In this document: one piece after another, positions 35,279-40,551 of the stretch
Numbering within the stretch: the stretch's first letter is position 1
Layout: the number at the start of each line of letters is the position of its first letter
Assembly (NCBI GenBank): GCA_031258115.1
Contig: JAIRNJ010000093.1
Span: 1-40,551, forward strand
Reading direction: 5' to 3'
DNA from: Treponema sp.
GTDB lineage: Bacteria; Spirochaetota; Spirochaetia; Treponematales; Breznakiellaceae
Length of the DNA stretch: 40,551 bases
Notes under the pieces: generated by a model
Database searches by the model: none
Told to the model about the DNA's origin: nothing
What the model saw: only the letters and a program-made list of their open reading frames with translations
Translations under genes and position numbers: made by a program

Positions 35279-36991
35279 TTAGATTTTCAGACGTTCCGCA
35301 TGTGTCCCTTCGGGCCATGAACGCAGGGAAGCCGGCGAAACGGCGCCGCTTTCGGCAGTTTGTACATGATGATAGGCTTCGGAACGAATGGCCTTGACCT
35401 GTTCATCCGTCAAATAGTCGTCAAAGGGCATCATGCGGTCGATGCAGGAATCCGGGCTGCCCGGCGGGAGAATCTCGATGATGCGGTTTGCAATTGAGGT
35501 GATAAATTCATGATCGTGTGAATTGAAGAGAAGCACCCCCGGAAAGGCGATGAGTCCTTCATTGAGCGCCGTGATCGCCTCGAGATCCAGATGGTTTGTA
35601 GGTTCATCCAGGATGAGGACATTTGCCCCGGAAAGCATGAGTTTTGAGAGCATACAGCGGACTTTTTCGCCTCCTGAAAGGACATTTACCGGTTTCAGGG
35701 CCTCGTCGCCGGAAAAAAGCATGCGCCCCAGAAAGCTGCGCACATAGGTTTCGTCCTGATCCGGGGAATAGCGGCGGAGCCATTCGGTGATTGAGAGATC
35801 CGAATCGAAGAAAGAAGAATTATCCTTGGGGAAGTAGGAAACGCTGGTGGTCTGGCCCCAGTAAAAATCCCCGGCTTCCTGTTTTTTTACCCCCGCAATT
35901 ATATCGAAGAGGGCAGTCTTGGCGGCATGTTCCGCTCCCACAAAGGCGATTTTTTCTCCCTTGTTTACAAGGAAAGAAAAATCCCGCAGTACTTCTGCTT
36001 CACCGGAAGATGCGCAGAGTTTCTCCACGCGCAGCACATTGTTGCCGATCTCCCTTTCGGGCTTGAAGCCCGCATAGGGAAATTTACGGCTGGTAACCCT
36101 AAGATTTTCAAGATCCAGTTTTTCAAGGACTTTTTTCCGGCTGGTGGCCTGGCGGCTCTTGCTGGCATTGCTTGCAAAACGCTGGATAAATTCCCTTAAT
36201 TCCCGTGCCTTTTCTTCCCGTTTTTTAAGCTGTTCCTTGGCCTGCCTCTGGAGCATCTGGCTCATCTGATACCAGAAGTCGTAGTTCCCCGAATACGCAG
36301 TAATTCTGCCAAAATCAATGTCGCAGATCACCGTACATACCGAATTGAGAAAGTGCCTGTCGTGTGAAACAACAATAACAGTGTTGGGAAAATCAATGAG
36401 AAATTCTTCCAGCCATGAAATGGATTCAAGATCAAGACCGTTGGTGGGCTCGTCCAGGAGGAGGATGCCGGGATTGCCGAAGAGGGCCTGCGCGAGAAGC
36501 ACCCTCACCTTCTTTGATTCGTCCAGTTCGCCCATCATTTTGCCGTGATCTTCCTCATCAAGGCCGAGACCGGAGAGGAGTCTGCCTGCCTGCGCTTCGG
36601 CCTCCCAGCCGCCCAGTTCCGCAAAGTCGGCTTCAAGTTCGCTTGCCTTCATGCCGTCTTCTTCGGTGAAGTCCTCTTTGGCGTAGATGGAGTCCCGTTC
36701 CTTCTGTATGCCGTACAGTTTGGGATAACCCATTATCACGGTTTCCAGTACCGGGTATTCCTCAAAGGCAAAGTGATCCTGTTTGAGCACCGCAATGCGC
36801 TCGTTGGCACCGATGGAAATTTCTCCCCTGTCATATTCGGTTTCGCCGGAGAGGATCTTGAGAAAGGTGGATTTTCCGGCTCCGTTGGCGCCGATGATGC
36901 CGTAACAGTTTCCGGGGGTGAATTTCAAATTGACATCTTTGAACAGAACACGCTCTCCGTAAGAGAGGCTTAAATCGCTTACTGTAATCAT
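35279..36991 (-). CDS. ABC-F family ATPase (two fused ABC domains, no TM domain)
   Basis: Two Walker A sites (GANGAGKST; GAEHAAKTA, degenerate), two LSGGE signatures, and an inter-domain linker with a charged helix (QRQAKEQLKKREEKARELREF). Confidence 0.9.
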   Translation of the reverse strand: MITVSDLSLSYGERVLFKDVNLKFTPGNCYGIIGANGAGKSTFLKILSGETEYDRGEISIGANERIAVLKQDHFAFEEYPVLETVIMGYPKLYGIQKERDSIYAKEDFTEEDGMKASELEADFAELGGWEAEAQAGRLLSGLGLDEEDHGKMMGELDESKKVRVLLAQALFGNPGILLLDEPTNGLDLESISWLEEFLIDFPNTVIVVSHDRHFLNSVCTVICDIDFGRITAYSGNYDFWYQMSQMLQRQAKEQLKKREEKARELREFIQRFASNASKSRQATSRKKVLEKLDLENLRVTSRKFPYAGFKPEREIGNNVLRVEKLCASSGEAEVLRDFSFLVNKGEKIAFVGAEHAAKTALFDIIAGVKKQEAGDFYWGQTTSVSYFPKDNSSFFDSDLSITEWLRRYSPDQDETYVRSFLGRMLFSGDEALKPVNVLSGGEKVRCMLSKLMLSGANVLILDEPTNHLDLEAITALNEGLIAFPGVLLFNSHDHEFITSIANRIIEILPPGSPDSCIDRMMPFDDYLTDEQVKAIRSEAYHHVQTAESGAVSPASLRSWPEGTHAERLKI

Positions 36992-37028
36992 GAATACATA
37001 ACCCTGTCGTAAAATTAGGAACTGCGCA

Positions 37029-37055
37029 AGAATAAAATGCCCTGCATTTTATTCT
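37029..37055 (-). terminator. Second of two tandem hairpins after the helicase gene
   Basis: AGAATAAAATGC 37029-37040 / GCATTTTATTCT 37044-37055 pair 12/12. Confidence 0.5.
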
Positions 37056-37073
37056 AATTGCTTACGCAATAAG

Positions 37074-37105
37074 GAAATAACATGACCAAACGGTCATGTT
37101 ATTTC
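37074..37105 (-). terminator. First hairpin after the helicase stop
   Basis: GAAATAACATGACC 37074-37087 / GGTCATGTTATTTC 37092-37105 pair 14/14. The minus strand continues CTTATT. Confidence 0.55.
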
Positions 37106-37116
37106 TGCGCAGATCC

Positions 37117-38814
37117 TTATTTCTTTTTTAAGAGTCCCAGCAGCGCTCCGAAGAGACCCTTCTTTTCTTTTTTGCCGGGAACGGAAGCCTTGATTTCTTC
37201 GCCGGCGGCAGTTTTGCCCTGAGTCCCGTCTTCGGCCTTGCCGCCGGATCTTCTTTTTTGGGGAGCCTTCGTTTCCGTTTCGCCGCGGCCCTGCGGCCTG
37301 TTCCGCCGGGGAGTATCCGCTTCGCCGCGGGGCGGCGGCTTCCGTCCGCGCTTTTTCTTCCCGCGCTTCTCATCCGCCGGGGCGCCGTGCGTTGAAGCCG
37401 CCCGGTCCGGGCCTTGTCCGCCTGCTTTTCCGGCGTATTTTTGCCTGTAATGCGCCATGCGTTCTTCAAAGCTCAGGCCCGCGAGGTCTTCGCTCTCCTG
37501 CCCGGCAGGGCGTTTTTCCTCCCGCCGCGGCTTGCGGTTTTCGCTCCGCTCCCTCGGCGGCTGGTCTCTTTCGCCGTGTCTTTCCCGGCGGACAGGCCTC
37601 CTGTCCTGCCTTCCGCGGCCCCTGCCGTCCCGGCCGAAACCGGCAAATTCAGTCCATACCCGCTGTCCCTCGCTCTTGTCTTCACCCTGCAAATCTTTCC
37701 CCGAAATCAGGGCCGGGATCTTCTTGCCGATGTATTTTTCTATAGCGGGGAGTTCGTAGACATCCTGTTCGCTGGCCAGGGTTATCGCCTTGCCGGTTTT
37801 CCCTGCCCTGGCAGTGCGGCCGATACGGTGTACATAGTTTTCGGCTTCCACCGGAAGATCGTAGTTGATGACCAGGGCAAGCCCTTCAATATCCAGCCCC
37901 CGCGCCGCCACATCGGTAGCCACCAGGAAACGGGTCTTTCCTGCCTTGACATCGTCAATGATCCTCAGCCGCTGTTTCTGGGGAAGGTCGCCGATGATGA
38001 ACTCCGCATCTATCCCGTTCATCCGGAGCCGTTTTGCCACAATTTCCGTGTAACGCTTGGTGTTACAGAAGATGATGGCGCTTTCGGGCTTTTCCTGCTG
38101 CAGGATACCGAGAAGGATGCGTATTTTTTCACCCGAAGGAACATGGTAGAGAACCTGTTCCACCTCGTCCACCGTAACCGTTTCCGGTTCAATCTCGATT
38201 TCAAAAGGGTCTTTGGTGTACTCCCAGGCCAGATTCTTTACCCAGGCATTGAGGGTGGCGCTGAAGAGCATGGTCTGCCGTCTGTCTACCGGAGGCACCA
38301 CCTTGATAAGCTTGCGGAGATCCGGATAGAAACCCATGTCGAACATCCGGTCCGCTTCATCAAGGATGAGAAAGGCAAGATCCATCAGGTTCATGTGTCC
38401 CGATTTGTTCAAATCCAGAACCCGGCCGGGAGTACCGACAAGGATCTGAACATTTTCCCGGAGAAGCTGCTGCTGCTGTACATAACCCACGCCGCCGTAA
38501 AAGCTGCCTATTTTGAAGGGGAGATACTTCCCCAGCACTTTTGCCTCTTCTTCAACCTGAACCGCCAGTTCCCTGGTGGGCACCATGATGATGGCCTTCT
38601 TTCCCTTGAGAGACTCTTCCGTAAGGAGCCGCTGAAAGATGACGACAAGAAAAGCGGCGGTTTTGCCTGTTCCGGTTTGAGACTGGACATAGAGATCCTG
38701 ACCTGTAAAAGCGTGTTTTATAACCTGTTCCTGGACGGGCATGCAGTTGATGTATCCGGCCTCTTCAATACCCCGCTTAAGATCCCGATGCAGATTTAGT
38801 TCGTTAAATTCCAT
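37117..38814 (-). CDS. DEAD-box ATP-dependent RNA helicase with an Arg/Lys-rich C-terminal tail
   Basis: Q motif, SQTGTGKTAAF, DEAD (LILDEADRMFD), SAT, HRIGRTARAG. Roughly 180 aa of basic low-complexity tail. Confidence 0.93.
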   Translation of the reverse strand: MEFNELNLHRDLKRGIEEAGYINCMPVQEQVIKHAFTGQDLYVQSQTGTGKTAAFLVVIFQRLLTEESLKGKKAIIMVPTRELAVQVEEEAKVLGKYLPFKIGSFYGGVGYVQQQQLLRENVQILVGTPGRVLDLNKSGHMNLMDLAFLILDEADRMFDMGFYPDLRKLIKVVPPVDRRQTMLFSATLNAWVKNLAWEYTKDPFEIEIEPETVTVDEVEQVLYHVPSGEKIRILLGILQQEKPESAIIFCNTKRYTEIVAKRLRMNGIDAEFIIGDLPQKQRLRIIDDVKAGKTRFLVATDVAARGLDIEGLALVINYDLPVEAENYVHRIGRTARAGKTGKAITLASEQDVYELPAIEKYIGKKIPALISGKDLQGEDKSEGQRVWTEFAGFGRDGRGRGRQDRRPVRRERHGERDQPPRERSENRKPRREEKRPAGQESEDLAGLSFEERMAHYRQKYAGKAGGQGPDRAASTHGAPADEKRGKKKRGRKPPPRGEADTPRRNRPQGRGETETKAPQKRRSGGKAEDGTQGKTAAGEEIKASVPGKKEKKGLFGALLGLLKKK

Positions 38815-38943
38815 GTTTTGTTTCTATTATAGCCGTTTTTGCCGGGAGTGGATAGTAGACCGGCAGCCGGTTATTTGAATTCGACATTGCCGTGAGTTTT
38901 GGGATTTTCCCCTAAGGCGTCATCGTAAAACCATAGAGAGCTC

Positions 38944-38972
38944 TGGTCAAAGGCCCGAAAAAAGGTTAGAAT
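38944..38972 (+). promoter_or_regulatory. Possible eno promoter
   Basis: TGGTCA 38944-38949, 17-nt spacer, TAGAAT 38967-38972. RBS GGAGGAG precedes ATG 39012. Confidence 0.35.
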
Positions 38973-38975
38973 TAA

Positions 38976-40310
<1,335 letters not shown>

Positions 40311-40323
40311 ATACGCCATCCCT

Positions 40324-40339
40324 TAGGGCAACGCTGATT
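40324..40339. repeat. PAL-1 partial copy downstream of eno
   Basis: TAGGGCAACGCTGATT is the exact reverse complement of 10662-10677. Confidence 0.7.
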
Positions 40340-40347
40340 CGTTGCGA

Positions 40348-40395
40348 AGGGTACATACCCCGGCCCCTTGGGGCGGAACCAAGGGTATGTACCCT
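40348..40395. repeat. PAL-3 nested-hairpin element, intergenic copy
   Basis: AGGGTACATACCC 40348-40360 / GGGTATGTACCCT 40383-40395 pair 13/13 and enclose a CCCC-TT-GGGG core. The arms match the 5239-5332 copy at 11/12. Confidence 0.75.
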
Positions 40396-40500
40396 GAGTC
40401 AAATACCTTATGAGAACAACATACCCCGTCCGCTTGCCTCCCCCGCGAAGCGGGTTCTTGGGTTGTTGCCGCGCAAGCGGTTCTATACGCCCGGAACCTT

Positions 40501-40544
40501 AAAAAACATGGGTGACAGACGCCTTTTGGCGCCGGTCACCCATG
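40501..40544 (-). terminator. Terminator for a minus-strand gene lying beyond the window end
   Basis: CATGGGTGAC 40507-40516 / GTCACCCATG 40535-40544 with an inner GC stem. A6 at 40501-40506 gives a U-run on the minus strand. Confidence 0.55.
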
Positions 40545-40551
40545 CATTTAG

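Noticed and set aside
37414-38799. 461-aa plus-strand ORF
   Set aside because: It is antisense to the DEAD-box helicase, whose motifs (DEAD, SAT, HRIGR) fix the coding strand.

Overview
This is a 40.5-kb chromosomal window. It is dominated by one same-strand translation-apparatus array (11871-28796): rpsL-rpsG, a 540-bp ORF-less gap, tuf, then a contiguous S10-spc-alpha cluster. That cluster holds 28 r-protein genes plus secY and rpoA, and it includes a 37-aa rpmJ missing from the ORF track. A small zinc-ribbon ORF is appended after rplQ. fusA, adk, map and infA are absent from their classical slots.

Upstream (3-6851) lies a probable organophosphate/phosphodiester scavenging cluster:
- an MFS transporter fragment
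- a CUT1-type ABC importer with no ATPase gene
- a cytoplasmic NPP-family phosphodiesterase
- a beta-rich secreted protein
- a lipoprotein metallophosphoesterase

Next come a sigma28-driven fliS/FlgN-like pair, ftsH, an XRE regulator and an M15 peptidase.

Downstream on the minus strand is a tightly coupled prfA-prmC-relA operon. It is followed by a membrane-anchor plus proline-rich lipoprotein pair, an AT-rich islet with a 55-aa ORF, an ABC-F ATPase, a DEAD-box helicase and eno. Gene order and lipobox-type signals are compatible with a spirochaete-like genome, but that is inference only. I found no rRNA, tRNA, CRISPR array, transposase or integrase.

The signals not explained by ordinary annotation are:
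1. A consensus promoter plus a structured, terminator-capped segment in the fusA slot.
2. A perfect 63-bp tandem duplication between rplB and rpsS.
3. Three families of dispersed palindromic elements. Two of them sit inside open reading frames: the relA 5' end and the N-terminal region of the OMP-like gene.
4. A RelA homologue whose hydrolase catalytic motifs are degenerate.

All homology calls were made by eye from motifs. No database search was run.
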